A DNA stretch of 63,473 nt from an uncultured Pseudomonadales bacterium (GCA_964400865.1 CAYNWG010000002.1:1-63473), one strand, 5' to 3'. Counted from the first letter of the stretch, positions 9,427 to 18,944 are shown. The notes: generated by a model not told the origin, from the sequence alone. Numbers and translations: made by a program.

Positions 9427-10854
9427 ATGTCCAGATTTGCGCAGAAACAGACGACCACCAATCAGTCGCTCAAAAGTGATAGCTATCAATTTGGTTTTTC
9501 AAATTCAATCGATCAGTATAAATATGTAGCAAAACCTGGTTTGAATGAAGCGGTGGTGAGAACTATTTCGGAACAAAAAAGCGAACCAGCCTGGATGTTG
9601 GCGTATCGCTTGGCTGCACTAGAAAAATTTGGCCAAATGCAGTTACCAAAATGGGGTGGAGAGCTAGGTGGAATCGACTTTGATCAGTTTCACTATTATC
9701 TTCGCCCGACAGAAGCGGTGGTTAAATCTTGGGATGACGTTCCTGCTGATGTAAAACAAACATTTGACAAACTAGGTATACCTGAAGCCGAACGCTCAGT
9801 CCTAGCTGGAGTCAAAGCCCAGTATGACAGTGAAGTAGTCTATGGATCGCTTCAAAATGTTTGGGCAAAAGATGGTGTAGTATTTTTGTCGATGGATGAG
9901 GCGCTGCAAAAGTATCCAGATCTAGTTAAAGAATACTTTGGTACCTTGATTCCCAGTGGAGACAACAAATTTGCAGCACTCAATTCAGCGGTGTGGTCCG
10001 GGGGATCGTTTGTGTATGTGCCAGCTGGAGTGCATGTTAAGTTGCCGCTGCAAACGTATTTTAGAATCAATTCGCCCAATGCCGGTCAATTTGAGCGCAC
10101 GTTGATAATTATTGATGAAGGCGCCAGTGCTCACTACGTTGAGGGTTGTACGGCACCGAGTTTTTCTAGTACTGCATTGCATTCGGCGGTGGTGGAAATT
10201 TTTGTGAAAAAAGGTGCGCGCTGTCAGTATACGACGATCCAAAACTGGTATAAAAACGTGTACAACCTGGTTACGAAGCGCGCGCGCGTTGAAGCAGAAG
10301 GCACCATGATTTGGACTGACTTCAACATGGGAAGTAAGTTAACGATGAAGTACCCCAGTTGTATTTTGGCAGGTAAAGGGGCGAGAGGTGAGACACTTAG
10401 CATGGCGTTGGCGGGAGCTGATCAGCATCAAGATACGGGTGCTAAAATGATTCATTTAGCACCACATACTAGTTCTTCGGTGGTGAGCAAATCAATTAGT
10501 AAAAATGGGGGGCGGACAAGTTACCGAGGTTTGGTGCACGTGGGACCCAAAGCTGAGTTTAGCAAAAATACGGTTATTTGTGACGCGCTCCTGCTCGACG
10601 AGCACTCGCGCTCCGACACCTACCCAGTTGATACCGTTTTTCAGCAGCAAGTGGCAATTCAACATGAAGCCACAGTCTCTAGAGTGGGGGATGAGCAACT
10701 GTTTTATCTCATGAGTCGAGGTGTCACGGAAGAAATGGCGCGGAAAATGATCGTGCGTGGTTTTGTCGATGATTTAATACGGCAATTGCCTTTGGAATAC
10801 GCCGTGGAAATGAATCGATTGATTGATTTTGAAATGGAAGGTAGTGTGGGTTAG
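9427..10854 (+). CDS. sufB: Fe-S cluster assembly scaffold SufB
   Basis: Typical SufB length (475 aa) and C-terminal core: HLAPHTSSSVVSKSISKNGGRTSYRGLV, EATVSRVGDEQLFYLMSRGV, LIRQLPLEYAVEMNRLI. Confidence 0.92.
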   Translation: MSRFAQKQTTTNQSLKSDSYQFGFSNSIDQYKYVAKPGLNEAVVRTISEQKSEPAWMLAYRLAALEKFGQMQLPKWGGELGGIDFDQFHYYLRPTEAVVKSWDDVPADVKQTFDKLGIPEAERSVLAGVKAQYDSEVVYGSLQNVWAKDGVVFLSMDEALQKYPDLVKEYFGTLIPSGDNKFAALNSAVWSGGSFVYVPAGVHVKLPLQTYFRINSPNAGQFERTLIIIDEGASAHYVEGCTAPSFSSTALHSAVVEIFVKKGARCQYTTIQNWYKNVYNLVTKRARVEAEGTMIWTDFNMGSKLTMKYPSCILAGKGARGETLSMALAGADQHQDTGAKMIHLAPHTSSSVVSKSISKNGGRTSYRGLVHVGPKAEFSKNTVICDALLLDEHSRSDTYPVDTVFQQQVAIQHEATVSRVGDEQLFYLMSRGVTEEMARKMIVRGFVDDLIRQLPLEYAVEMNRLIDFEMEGSVG

Positions 10855-10875
10855 CGTTTTGGTCAAAATACCCCA

Positions 10876-10905
10876 TTGACACTATGATTTTCCAGATGCT
10901 ATTCT
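10876..10905 (+). promoter_or_regulatory. Sigma70-like promoter TTGACA-N18-TATTCT (with TGc extended -10) upstream of the surface-protein gene
   Basis: Read directly in the 63-nt gap after sufB: ttgaca ctatgattttccagatgc tattct. Confidence 0.35.
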
Positions 10906-10917
10906 TGATCACAAGAA

Positions 10918-12537
10918 GTGTTGTTTATGCATAAACGCTCAGTTCGTTTTTCAATTTTACTTATTATCTTAACTTTATTTGTTGGTTTTGGCGTTTCTTT
11001 TGTCGCGCCAAAACCTGCTAGAGCTGGTGCACTTGAAGACTTTGTTACAAGATTAACGCTTGGCGATTTTATTCGAAGTTTTTTTGAGGGTTTGTTTGGT
11101 GGTACTAGAGGTGCAGATGATCCCTACACAACTCCAACGCCAAAACCGCCAACTGCCACTCCAACTCTACGTCCTCCCACAGCTACGCCAACGGCGGCGA
11201 TGGGAAATTGTTCAACGGTCGGTGAGCTAAGGTGTAATGGTGGTCAACGGCAGAAATGTATCATTGAATTTCCAACTAATATAAAAAAATGGGTAAAGGT
11301 AAGTAACTGTGATTTGGGCTGTAGCGATGCGTTTCCCAGATGTGTTGGCTCAAGTTTGAATTATTGCTCATCTACCGACGACTATAGTTGTTGTATTGGT
11401 AATCCACAATCCACGAGTTGTTCTGCTGGCTGCAGTAATAATAAGTGCAATCCTACTGCAACACCAACTCCTACATATCTTCCTGGTGTTCCCACTCCAA
11501 CTCCAACCATACGTCCTCCAACTGCAACTCCAACTCCACGTCCTCCCACAGCTACACCAACACCAGCGACAGGAAATTGTTCGACGGTCGGTGAGCTAAG
11601 GTGTAATGGTGGTCAACGACAGAGATGTATAATTGAAGATTATCCCATTACTGTAAAAAAATGGGTAAAGGTGAGTAATTGTGATTTGGGCTGTAGCGAT
11701 GCGTTTCCCAGATGTGTTGGCTCAAGTTTGAATTATTGCTCATCTACCGACGACTATAGTTGTTGTATTGGTAATCCACAATCCACGAGTTGTTCTGCTG
11801 GCTGCAGTAATAATAAGTGCAATCCTACTGCAACACCAACAGCGACCAGCACAGTCAGACCCACGGCAACTTCCGTACCCAACCTTACTCCCACAGTTAC
11901 CGTTGGTCCAGGTACACCATCTCCCACACCAGCACCAACAAATACTCCGGTGCCATACCCAACAGAACCTCCTGGGCCACCTGAAGCTACGGCAACTCCA
12001 ACAACTCAAGTTGGCGCTCCTTGCTACTATAATGTTAAATTGGTGAGCAAGGAAGCGGGGACAGCTCTGCCTTCAGCATTACAAACAGGTGTAACCGAAG
12101 CTGGAGGGTGCAGAACTTCGGGTGTTAGAGAGCTAGTTCCTTCGTTCTTTTCCCAACCATCTCAAGCTACCAATCAACCTGAGTGGCCATGTACCGATGC
12201 CACCTATGTAGGTGAGCAGTGCACTCAAGGCATTGTCACAGGCCAATTCATCTGTATGGGTGGTCCATCACATGAAATTAAAGGCTGCTATAACAGGACA
12301 AGTGATGCTTATCAGCGTGTCAGTATTGTTACGCTGACTCCAACGCCTCCTTCTGGCGCTACTTCAACCCCAACGCAACCAGCTGCTACTCCACCACCAC
12401 TTTATCTCTCATTTCCTCAATGGTTCGAAGCATTTAAATCGTATATTGAGGCACAAGCGGGAGGAATGTCGGTTTCACTAACAACACTTGAAGATTTGAG
12501 AAATAATATTCCCTTACCAACCCCAACAAGACCGTAA
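10918..12537 (+). CDS. Secreted Pro/Thr-linker protein with two tandem 12-Cys modules
   Basis: N-terminal TM/signal segment. PTATPT linkers. The module GNCSTVGELRCNGGQRQ.CII...KKWVKVSNCDLGCSDAFPRCVGSSLNYCSSTDDYSCCIGNPQSTSCSAGCSNNKC occurs twice. The start could be the ATG at 10927. Confidence 0.6.
   Translation: MLFMHKRSVRFSILLIILTLFVGFGVSFVAPKPARAGALEDFVTRLTLGDFIRSFFEGLFGGTRGADDPYTTPTPKPPTATPTLRPPTATPTAAMGNCSTVGELRCNGGQRQKCIIEFPTNIKKWVKVSNCDLGCSDAFPRCVGSSLNYCSSTDDYSCCIGNPQSTSCSAGCSNNKCNPTATPTPTYLPGVPTPTPTIRPPTATPTPRPPTATPTPATGNCSTVGELRCNGGQRQRCIIEDYPITVKKWVKVSNCDLGCSDAFPRCVGSSLNYCSSTDDYSCCIGNPQSTSCSAGCSNNKCNPTATPTATSTVRPTATSVPNLTPTVTVGPGTPSPTPAPTNTPVPYPTEPPGPPEATATPTTQVGAPCYYNVKLVSKEAGTALPSALQTGVTEAGGCRTSGVRELVPSFFSQPSQATNQPEWPCTDATYVGEQCTQGIVTGQFICMGGPSHEIKGCYNRTSDAYQRVSIVTLTPTPPSGATSTPTQPAATPPPLYLSFPQWFEAFKSYIEAQAGGMSVSLTTLEDLRNNIPLPTPTRP
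11143..11840 (+). repeat. Intragenic tandem duplication (units about 11143..11468 and 11515..11840; offset 369-372 nt)
   Basis: 11309..11468 and 11681..11840 are identical over 160 nt by direct comparison. Upstream parts differ by scattered substitutions and one extra codon. Confidence 0.9.
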
Positions 12538-12542
12538 TTGTT

Positions 12543-14819
12543 ATGCAAACACTTAAAGTTCAACTAGCCAAAGATTGGAAGCAGATTTCGACCAAGATTG
12601 TGGGTTTGAAAAAAGTCGTGAAAAAAATGAGTGTGAAGAATTGGCTCATTCTAGGCAGTTTTGCTTTTGTTACTGTTGGATTGCTTGTTGCAATGTACGC
12701 TGCACGTTTAAGCTCGGAAAACAGATCGGGCGCAACGGGTGGAGGACCGCAGTACTATTTTCAACCGGCTTCAGCGGTTCTCACAAAGGATTCTGCAACC
12801 GGTGTATTACAACCGGTCCAAAATATCCAAGTCAACCTCACTGTGGGTAGACCGATTGTGAGTTACAGCTTCGTTATGAAGCTTACCTATGCCGATGGTA
12901 CGCCAGTATCTAATGCAGTTTGGAGTCAAGTTACCTTTGTACCCAATCCAAAATTTATAACAAACCAAAGTGCACTACTAAACGTTCCTGGAACCAAATT
13001 ATTTGCTGGTACTATTGACCAGCAACCTGGAGGTGTAACTACGCTGGCAAGCGCGGTGAGTGAAGGAAAGCTTGGCTCATTTCGTTTTGAGCCAGTGGCA
13101 GACCAACCAGATTTAAGGATGTCGTTTTTTGCCGTACCAAATAAACCACAGGCTAATGCTGCCTACGTGCTGGGTAGTATACTGAATCCACCTTCTGCTG
13201 ATGGTGAAGTCGTTATTCCACAAGCTGACTTTAATAATCAATTTAATTTGCACAATCCGTTCTTGGTCGTTGGGTCACCAACACCAGTTCCACTGGGCGC
13301 AATTGTTAAAAAAGCTACGTTGCAATATGCGGTATCCAACGGTGCGGAATGGCGACAACTTGATGCTCGGTTTAATGACTTTAATAATGGTGGAACCGTC
13401 AAATCACTCATTAGATTAGCTGATATTGATCCATCTTGGAGAGTGGAGGGTTTGTCACCTGCTTTCCGTCTAAGAATTAAAAATGCTCAGGGTGTATACA
13501 AGCAGACTACTATTGGTGGTCAACCAACTAATGTCTTGGTCAACTTTGAACCTCGTGGCAGTATTGCTGAGGGACAGTTTTGGGTCAACTGGAAGGTTGA
13601 AGAAGAGGCTGGCGTAAAATACATTAAAAAATCTGATACAACAGACAAACTTAGATTTGATTCTGGGGATACTATAGAGGTAACTATTAATTTACATCGA
13701 CAACAAAACGGAGTCAGTTACACCTGTAAAGAAACTGACGAGTTAGTTGTAGCTCCAATCGGTAGACCAGAGGAGCAGCAGGTAATGGGTCCCTGTGTGA
13801 ACGATTCGCTAGTCACAGTTACGTATGGAGCTGGTCTCGCACCTGGCACCTGCCAATGTGATTTAGGTGTAGTGATGGATACTGCCTGTGGAACCGGTAC
13901 TGTGGCTACCTGTACTTCTCAATTCGCTTGCTCATGTTTGTCAACAACGCCAACTGCCACACCTACTCCAACAACGGGCGCAAGTGGAATTAGTATAGGA
14001 AATAGAGTTTTCAAGGATTTGAATGATAATGGTGTATTTGAGCCGGAAAGTGGAGAAACAGGGATTGGTGGTTTTAAATTGTCAGTTCACAAACAAGGCG
14101 TCACTACACCAACTGAGGTAGTTACTGATGTTAAAGGTGAATACTTACTCACAAATCAAACACCCGGGACGTATTCCGTTTCATACTGTGGAACCTCAGG
14201 ACTCAATGCGACGATAATGGATACCCACAATCCTAGTAGTGTTTCTTTTGACCCGAATACAATCCCCCTTGCTTTAGCTGGAAAAGATTTAAATATTATT
14301 ACAACTGGAATATTTTGTGCTGGAGCTGCTTCTGGGCAATATCAATTATCAGAGAGCGAATTATTCTTTGATTTTGGTTTTCATCCAGAGGGTCCAACTC
14401 TTACCCCAACGCCAACATCTGGTCAACAAGCTTTTGTGTGTCCGGTAATTACCAATCAAATTCCATTATTAAATCTTGGTCAATTATTGCCAACAGTGGG
14501 ATCAAATAGATTTATTACGTCTTTTTCACTGACCCCGCAGATGAAAGCCCTTGTTTCCACCAGATGGACAAGAATTGTATTTGGAAATTACCCGCCAGTG
14601 GCAAATCCAACTGTTGTTTGTGATGGATCAAAAATTACGACTATCAATGGAGCAGTAAATCCTGATGGTTCAACGCCTGCAGTGACTCAATCAACTACGG
14701 CAACTCCTTGCTCATTAAGTGCAGTTGGTAGTTATGTACCGCAGACACTGTTTAGACTAACCAATGGTAGCACCGTGACATGTAATGCAAATTCGGCAAC
14801 CGTTGTGAGATTGCCATAA
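12543..14819 (+). CDS. Membrane-anchored large surface protein with SdrD/CNA-B-like domain
   Basis: N-terminal TM (WLILGSFAFVTVGLLVAMYAA). GNRVFKDLNDNGVFEPESGETGIGGFKLSV...DVKGEYLLTNQTPGTYSV resembles SD-repeat B-type domains. PTPT linkers. Confidence 0.55.
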   Translation: MQTLKVQLAKDWKQISTKIVGLKKVVKKMSVKNWLILGSFAFVTVGLLVAMYAARLSSENRSGATGGGPQYYFQPASAVLTKDSATGVLQPVQNIQVNLTVGRPIVSYSFVMKLTYADGTPVSNAVWSQVTFVPNPKFITNQSALLNVPGTKLFAGTIDQQPGGVTTLASAVSEGKLGSFRFEPVADQPDLRMSFFAVPNKPQANAAYVLGSILNPPSADGEVVIPQADFNNQFNLHNPFLVVGSPTPVPLGAIVKKATLQYAVSNGAEWRQLDARFNDFNNGGTVKSLIRLADIDPSWRVEGLSPAFRLRIKNAQGVYKQTTIGGQPTNVLVNFEPRGSIAEGQFWVNWKVEEEAGVKYIKKSDTTDKLRFDSGDTIEVTINLHRQQNGVSYTCKETDELVVAPIGRPEEQQVMGPCVNDSLVTVTYGAGLAPGTCQCDLGVVMDTACGTGTVATCTSQFACSCLSTTPTATPTPTTGASGISIGNRVFKDLNDNGVFEPESGETGIGGFKLSVHKQGVTTPTEVVTDVKGEYLLTNQTPGTYSVSYCGTSGLNATIMDTHNPSSVSFDPNTIPLALAGKDLNIITTGIFCAGAASGQYQLSESELFFDFGFHPEGPTLTPTPTSGQQAFVCPVITNQIPLLNLGQLLPTVGSNRFITSFSLTPQMKALVSTRWTRIVFGNYPPVANPTVVCDGSKITTINGAVNPDGSTPAVTQSTTATPCSLSAVGSYVPQTLFRLTNGSTVTCNANSATVVRLP

Positions 14820-14852
14820 AATAGTATTTCCACTGGTATAATTCCGATTACT

Positions 14853-15329
14853 TTGAAAGAAATTACTGTTTCTACTTCTCGGATAATCACTTTAGATAAG
14901 GCTGGTGACTATCAAATTTATTTGAATGGACCTAATATTGAGGTAACAATCAAAGGTCGGTTTGTTGCCTCTGGGACTGAACAGAAACAAGTAAAAGTTA
15001 CCATTCATCATCAGGCGCCACGGACAGTGGCGCATACCAGCTTACGAGGCACGAGTAGCGACCAAGCTAAACTGACTTTTTTTGGTAGGATCATTATCGA
15101 TCCGAATTGCCCACAGACAAATTCATTTTTGGAGGAGCGGATTTTGTTACTTTCACCCAATGCGAGAGGAGAAACCGTGCCAGAATTAGAAATTCTCTCC
15201 GACGACGTGAAGTGTTCACATGCGGCGACCATAAGTACTATCGATCCAGATCAACTGTTTTATTTGCAAAGTAGAGGATTGACCTTCAATCAGGCAGAAA
15301 AAATGCTGGTAGCCAGTTTTTTGCAGTAA
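14853..15329 (+). CDS. sufD: Short SufD-like protein (C-terminal SufBD core only, 158 aa)
   Basis: LRGTSSDQAKLTFFGRIIIDPNCPQTNSFLEERILLLSPNARGETVPELEILSDDVKCSHAATISTIDPDQLFYLQSRGL matches the conserved SufD/SufB C-terminal beta-helix segment. TTG start. TGgTATAAT sits at 14834..14842. Confidence 0.7.
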   Translation: MKEITVSTSRIITLDKAGDYQIYLNGPNIEVTIKGRFVASGTEQKQVKVTIHHQAPRTVAHTSLRGTSSDQAKLTFFGRIIIDPNCPQTNSFLEERILLLSPNARGETVPELEILSDDVKCSHAATISTIDPDQLFYLQSRGLTFNQAEKMLVASFLQ

Positions 15330-15331
15330 AC

Positions 15332-15706
15332 ATGAAAAAGCTAAAGCCAGAGATCTACATATCTCGCAGAGACTTGGAACAGCAGAGCTTCGATAGATCC
15401 CAAGATTCTGCAGAAGTTTTACCTTTATTGTTAGTATATATTCTTGTTGCTACAAGTCTGCTTATATTACTTCTTCCAGATACAGACATTGAAGTACCGA
15501 AGATCAAAATAAATACCGAACGTAGTTCGCTCGTGCTTTTCTATGCAAATATCCTACTACTAGTAAACTCACTTTTGTCTGGTGGGATTGCAATAATTAG
15601 TGATGCTGATATCTTAGAAGCTGTTAGGCGAGTTCCAAATTCTCAGATAGTCACAGACGTTTCGTTTCATTCAACGAGCTCGCTGAGTTTGACCAATCTT
15701 GATTAA
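15332..15706 (+). CDS. Small two-TM membrane protein, unknown function
   Basis: ORF with two hydrophobic stretches (LPLLLVYILVATSLLILLL, LVLFYANILLLVNSLLSGGIAII), 2 nt after the sufD stop. Confidence 0.4.
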   Translation: MKKLKPEIYISRRDLEQQSFDRSQDSAEVLPLLLVYILVATSLLILLLPDTDIEVPKIKINTERSSLVLFYANILLLVNSLLSGGIAIISDADILEAVRRVPNSQIVTDVSFHSTSSLSLTNLD

Positions 15707-15730
15707 TTACACTTCACATATCCAAAAATG

Positions 15731-15815
15731 GTTTACACTAAAGCATACCCCTCTCTGGAGCCATGCTCTACTGTAACCATCAAAATGAAATGTATGTTGC
15801 GTGAATGTAACAACC
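15731..15815 (+). repeat. Palindrome-containing intergenic element, copy 1 (47-nt hairpin core followed by 38-nt flank module)
   Basis: Core gtttacactaaagcatacccctctctggagccatgctctactgtaac, then flank catcaaaatgaaatgtatgttgcgtgaatgtaacaacc. See copy 2 at 22183..22268. Confidence 0.7.
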
Positions 15816-15907
15816 TATTTTCTTTTTTCAGGGTTTTTTTCAATACATACATTTCTTCACCTAGTCGAAACAGTTATTAAAAAGTCTTAAGTAAGACAAC
15901 TAACAGC

Positions 15908-17212
15908 GTGTACAATACATGGTGTAATATGTACGATCCAACCAAGATAAAAGCCGATTTTCCACTATTTAACCAACCAGAAAACGCCAACTTGGTCTAT
16001 TTGGACAATGCCGCAACTACCCAGAAGCCGCAGGTTGTGATTGATGCAATTTCCAACTACTACATAAACAACAATGCGAATGTTCATCGAGGTGTTCATC
16101 GATTATCGGATGAGAGTACAAAATCTTGGTTAGACGCACGCCAAACAATCGCCGATTTTTTTGGTGCAAAATCTTCTGAGTTAATTATTACGCGCAATAC
16201 TACTGAGGCGATTAATGGTGTGGCGTATGGTTGGGGTGATTACAGACTGAAGGCTGGTGATGTGATTTTATCTACCCAAATGGAGCATCATGCCAACTTA
16301 GTACCGTGGCAGGAACTCTGTCGGAGAACTGGTTCGCAGCTAAAAATAATTCCGGTTTTGCCCAATGGTAGATTGGATAGTGATTGGTATCAGCAAAATT
16401 TGAATAAAAGAGTAAAGTTGGTAGCGCTCCAGCAGGTTTCAAATGCTCTGGGAACATTACATCCTGTGAATTGGTATATCGAATTGGCACAAACTATGGG
16501 TGCGCGAGTTTTGATTGATGCAGCGCAGTCAGCGCCACATTTACCAATTAATTTTTCTAAAGTGCAGGCAGATTTTTTGGTTTTTTCTGGCCACAAAATG
16601 CTTGGCCCTATGGGCATCGGTGGTTTATTTGTGCGCGATGAAATATTGAAATCTGGTGAAATGCAGCCATGGCTCTTTGGTGGCGGCATGATTATGCAAG
16701 TCTCTGAAACGTCAGCAGAATATCATCTTGATCCGACAGAAAGGTTTACTGCGGGGACCCCAGATGTTGCCTCAGCAGTAGGTTTGGCTGCCGCTTGCAC
16801 GTATTTAAAAAAACTAACAATGGGAATGGTCTTAGAACATGATCAGAGTCTAATCATGTATGCGCTTGATAAACTTGCGGAGAACAAAAAAATTACTTTG
16901 CTTGGAGTGACTGAACCAGCATTTGTAAATACGAGTCCAGTGTCTGAATTAAAAGGCGAATTTCCACAATTACAAATTGATCGAGTCGGTTCAGTCAGTT
17001 TTTTATACAACGGTGTTCATCCTCACGATGTTGCACAAATTCTAGATAGTGAAGGCGTGGCGGTCCGATCAGGACATCATTGTTGTATGCCACTCCATAC
17101 AAAATTCACTTGGCCAGGATCTATTCGGGCAAGTTTTTCGGTCTATTCTTCAAAAGAGGATGTTGATCGACTAGTTGTAGCATTAGAAAAAGTAATCACA
17201 ATATTTGGATAA
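15908..17212 (+). CDS. sufS: Cysteine desulfurase SufS (class V aminotransferase)
   Basis: FSGHKMLGPMGIGGL (PLP Lys), RSGHHCCMPL (active-site Cys loop), LDNAATTQKP. The likely true start is the ATG at 15929 (MYDPTKIKADFPLF). Confidence 0.92.
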   Translation: MYNTWCNMYDPTKIKADFPLFNQPENANLVYLDNAATTQKPQVVIDAISNYYINNNANVHRGVHRLSDESTKSWLDARQTIADFFGAKSSELIITRNTTEAINGVAYGWGDYRLKAGDVILSTQMEHHANLVPWQELCRRTGSQLKIIPVLPNGRLDSDWYQQNLNKRVKLVALQQVSNALGTLHPVNWYIELAQTMGARVLIDAAQSAPHLPINFSKVQADFLVFSGHKMLGPMGIGGLFVRDEILKSGEMQPWLFGGGMIMQVSETSAEYHLDPTERFTAGTPDVASAVGLAAACTYLKKLTMGMVLEHDQSLIMYALDKLAENKKITLLGVTEPAFVNTSPVSELKGEFPQLQIDRVGSVSFLYNGVHPHDVAQILDSEGVAVRSGHHCCMPLHTKFTWPGSIRASFSVYSSKEDVDRLVVALEKVITIFG

Positions 17213-17215
17213 TCT

Positions 17216-17584
17216 ATGGATTTACACGATCTCTACCCCGAGCTAGTGCTTGAGGAAGTCAAGCACCCACAAAATTGTGGGAAATTACTCAAATCTGATG
17301 CGACAGCCTCCGAAGGCGTGGCGAGTTGTGGTGATACAGCGACTGTCTACATTCAGATTGAATCGGGAAAAATAAAAAAAATGAGCTGGGAAGCCGAAGG
17401 TTGTGCTATTAGTAGGGCGGGCCTCAGCGTGTTGTCGGTGGCAGTGGAAAATCAACGGATTGAAAAAGTGAAGCAATGGACGATTGAAGAAATGCTTCCT
17501 TTGTTACACCTGAAGCAGATTTCTCCAGGTAGAGAACAGTGTTTGATGTTGGGAATGCGCGCGCTGCAGCGCGCGCTCACTTAG
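17216..17584 (+). CDS. sufU: SufU/IscU-like sulfur-transfer scaffold
   Basis: HPQNCGKL, SCGDTATVYI, EAEGCAISRAG. Three conserved Cys in SufU-like spacing, directly after sufS. Confidence 0.85.
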   Translation: MDLHDLYPELVLEEVKHPQNCGKLLKSDATASEGVASCGDTATVYIQIESGKIKKMSWEAEGCAISRAGLSVLSVAVENQRIEKVKQWTIEEMLPLLHLKQISPGREQCLMLGMRALQRALT

Positions 17585-17609
17585 TTATCGATTAGTAATT
17601 AATCTAGAT

Positions 17610-18188
17610 ATGCAAAAAACACCATCGTACCTATTTGTGGGTTCCATCAACCCGGTCAAAATTAACGCAGTACGTTTAGCTACAGCAGACAGTTGGTCAG
17701 AGGTAAAAATTTCTGGTTTTGAAGCGCTTTCTTTAGTTTCTGAACAACCCAGAAGCGATATGGAAACTCGGCAAGGTGCGCAAAACCGGGCTAACGCTGC
17801 ATTAGAATTTGGAATATCAAATGTACAAGATAATTGCATTGCATTGGGGATTGGACTGGAGGGTGGAGTGTTTACCGATTCCACTGGTGAGCTATGGTCA
17901 ACGGTCTGGGCGTCTGTCACAGATCAACTTGGGCATTTTTGGGATGCAAATGGAGCACGATTCAAAGTTCCCTCACAAATTGCAAAATTAATTGATGCGG
18001 GGGAGGAAATGGGACCTGCGCTGAGTCGACTCTTTGATGGCGCCGATATCAAACGGACAAACGGCGCCATCGGCATTGTAACCAACAACTTTGTTACTCG
18101 TACCGAGGAATACTCAGCTATTTGCAAGTTAGCCATTGGACTTTGGTATGGTCAAGATTGGCACTCGGAACGTATGTCTCAGATTTAA
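17610..18188 (+). CDS. YjjX-like non-canonical (inosine/xanthosine) NTP phosphatase
   Basis: VGSINPVKINAV...SLVSEQPRSDMETRQGAQNRA resembles the YjjX/DUF84 N-terminal signature (TTNPAK...SGV.EQP...ET..GA.NR). Confidence 0.7.
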   Translation: MQKTPSYLFVGSINPVKINAVRLATADSWSEVKISGFEALSLVSEQPRSDMETRQGAQNRANAALEFGISNVQDNCIALGIGLEGGVFTDSTGELWSTVWASVTDQLGHFWDANGARFKVPSQIAKLIDAGEEMGPALSRLFDGADIKRTNGAIGIVTNNFVTRTEEYSAICKLAIGLWYGQDWHSERMSQI

Positions 18189-18230
18189 TTAGCGGTTTTA
18201 AAATGTACTATTTCATTGTAGTATGTTCGC

Positions 18231-18944
18231 ATGGTTTCAAGCCCTCCCGCACCGTTTTCTGCTCGTTTTGAGGAGAAAATTATCCACAATCAACGATTTG
18301 TTGAATTCCATTTTGAGTTAGAGCAGCCTCATCGAATGCCATTCAGATCAGGTCAGTATGTGTCATTAAAAGTGAATGATGCTGGGGTGAGACGTTCTTA
18401 TTCCATAAGTTCTGTACCAAGCGTTGATCATGGTTTTGAATTCTTAATAGATGTAACTCCTGGGGGAATAGGAACTCAGCTTCTCAACTCGCTGGAATTT
18501 GGGCAAACTGTGCAAGGTATTGGCCCACTTGGTCAATTTGTGTTAAGTGATCAACCAGAATCCGCAGTTGTACTTCTTGCAACTGGTTCTGGAATATCGC
18601 CTTTGAAAAGCATGTTGCTTGACTTGGTAGAACAACGTATCGATCAACGACCCATTACCTTGTATTGGGGAATGAGATATGCCGCTGATTTATTCTGGCT
18701 AGATGATTTTCAGGATATAGTTGAGGCAAATACCAATGTTTCGTTCTATCCAGTCATTTCCCAACCTGAGCCAGAGTGGAATTTGAGCACTGGTCATGTT
18801 ACAGATTTGTTGCAAATTCACCACTTCCCACAAGATGCGGGATACTATATTTGCGGTTCTCAAACGACAGTGCAGAGCATTCAACAATTTTTACTTGCAA
18901 AATCGGTTCAACCCCAGTATATTCACCACGAAAAGTTTTACTAA
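18231..18944 (+). CDS. Ferredoxin-NAD(P)+ reductase-like FAD/NAD(P)-binding oxidoreductase
   Basis: RSYSISS (RxYS FAD motif), GGIGTQ, LLATGSGISPLKSML (NAD(P) motif), C-terminal YICGS. Confidence 0.75.
   Translation: MVSSPPAPFSARFEEKIIHNQRFVEFHFELEQPHRMPFRSGQYVSLKVNDAGVRRSYSISSVPSVDHGFEFLIDVTPGGIGTQLLNSLEFGQTVQGIGPLGQFVLSDQPESAVVLLATGSGISPLKSMLLDLVEQRIDQRPITLYWGMRYAADLFWLDDFQDIVEANTNVSFYPVISQPEPEWNLSTGHVTDLLQIHHFPQDAGYYICGSQTTVQSIQQFLLAKSVQPQYIHHEKFY

Noticed and set aside
11143-11840. Diversity-generating retroelement (template/variable repeat pair) as the explanation for the tandem repeat
   Set aside because: Differences between the copies are not adenine-specific (a>g, g>a and c>a were all seen). 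Both copies are in frame within one gene, and no reverse transcriptase gene is present in the window.
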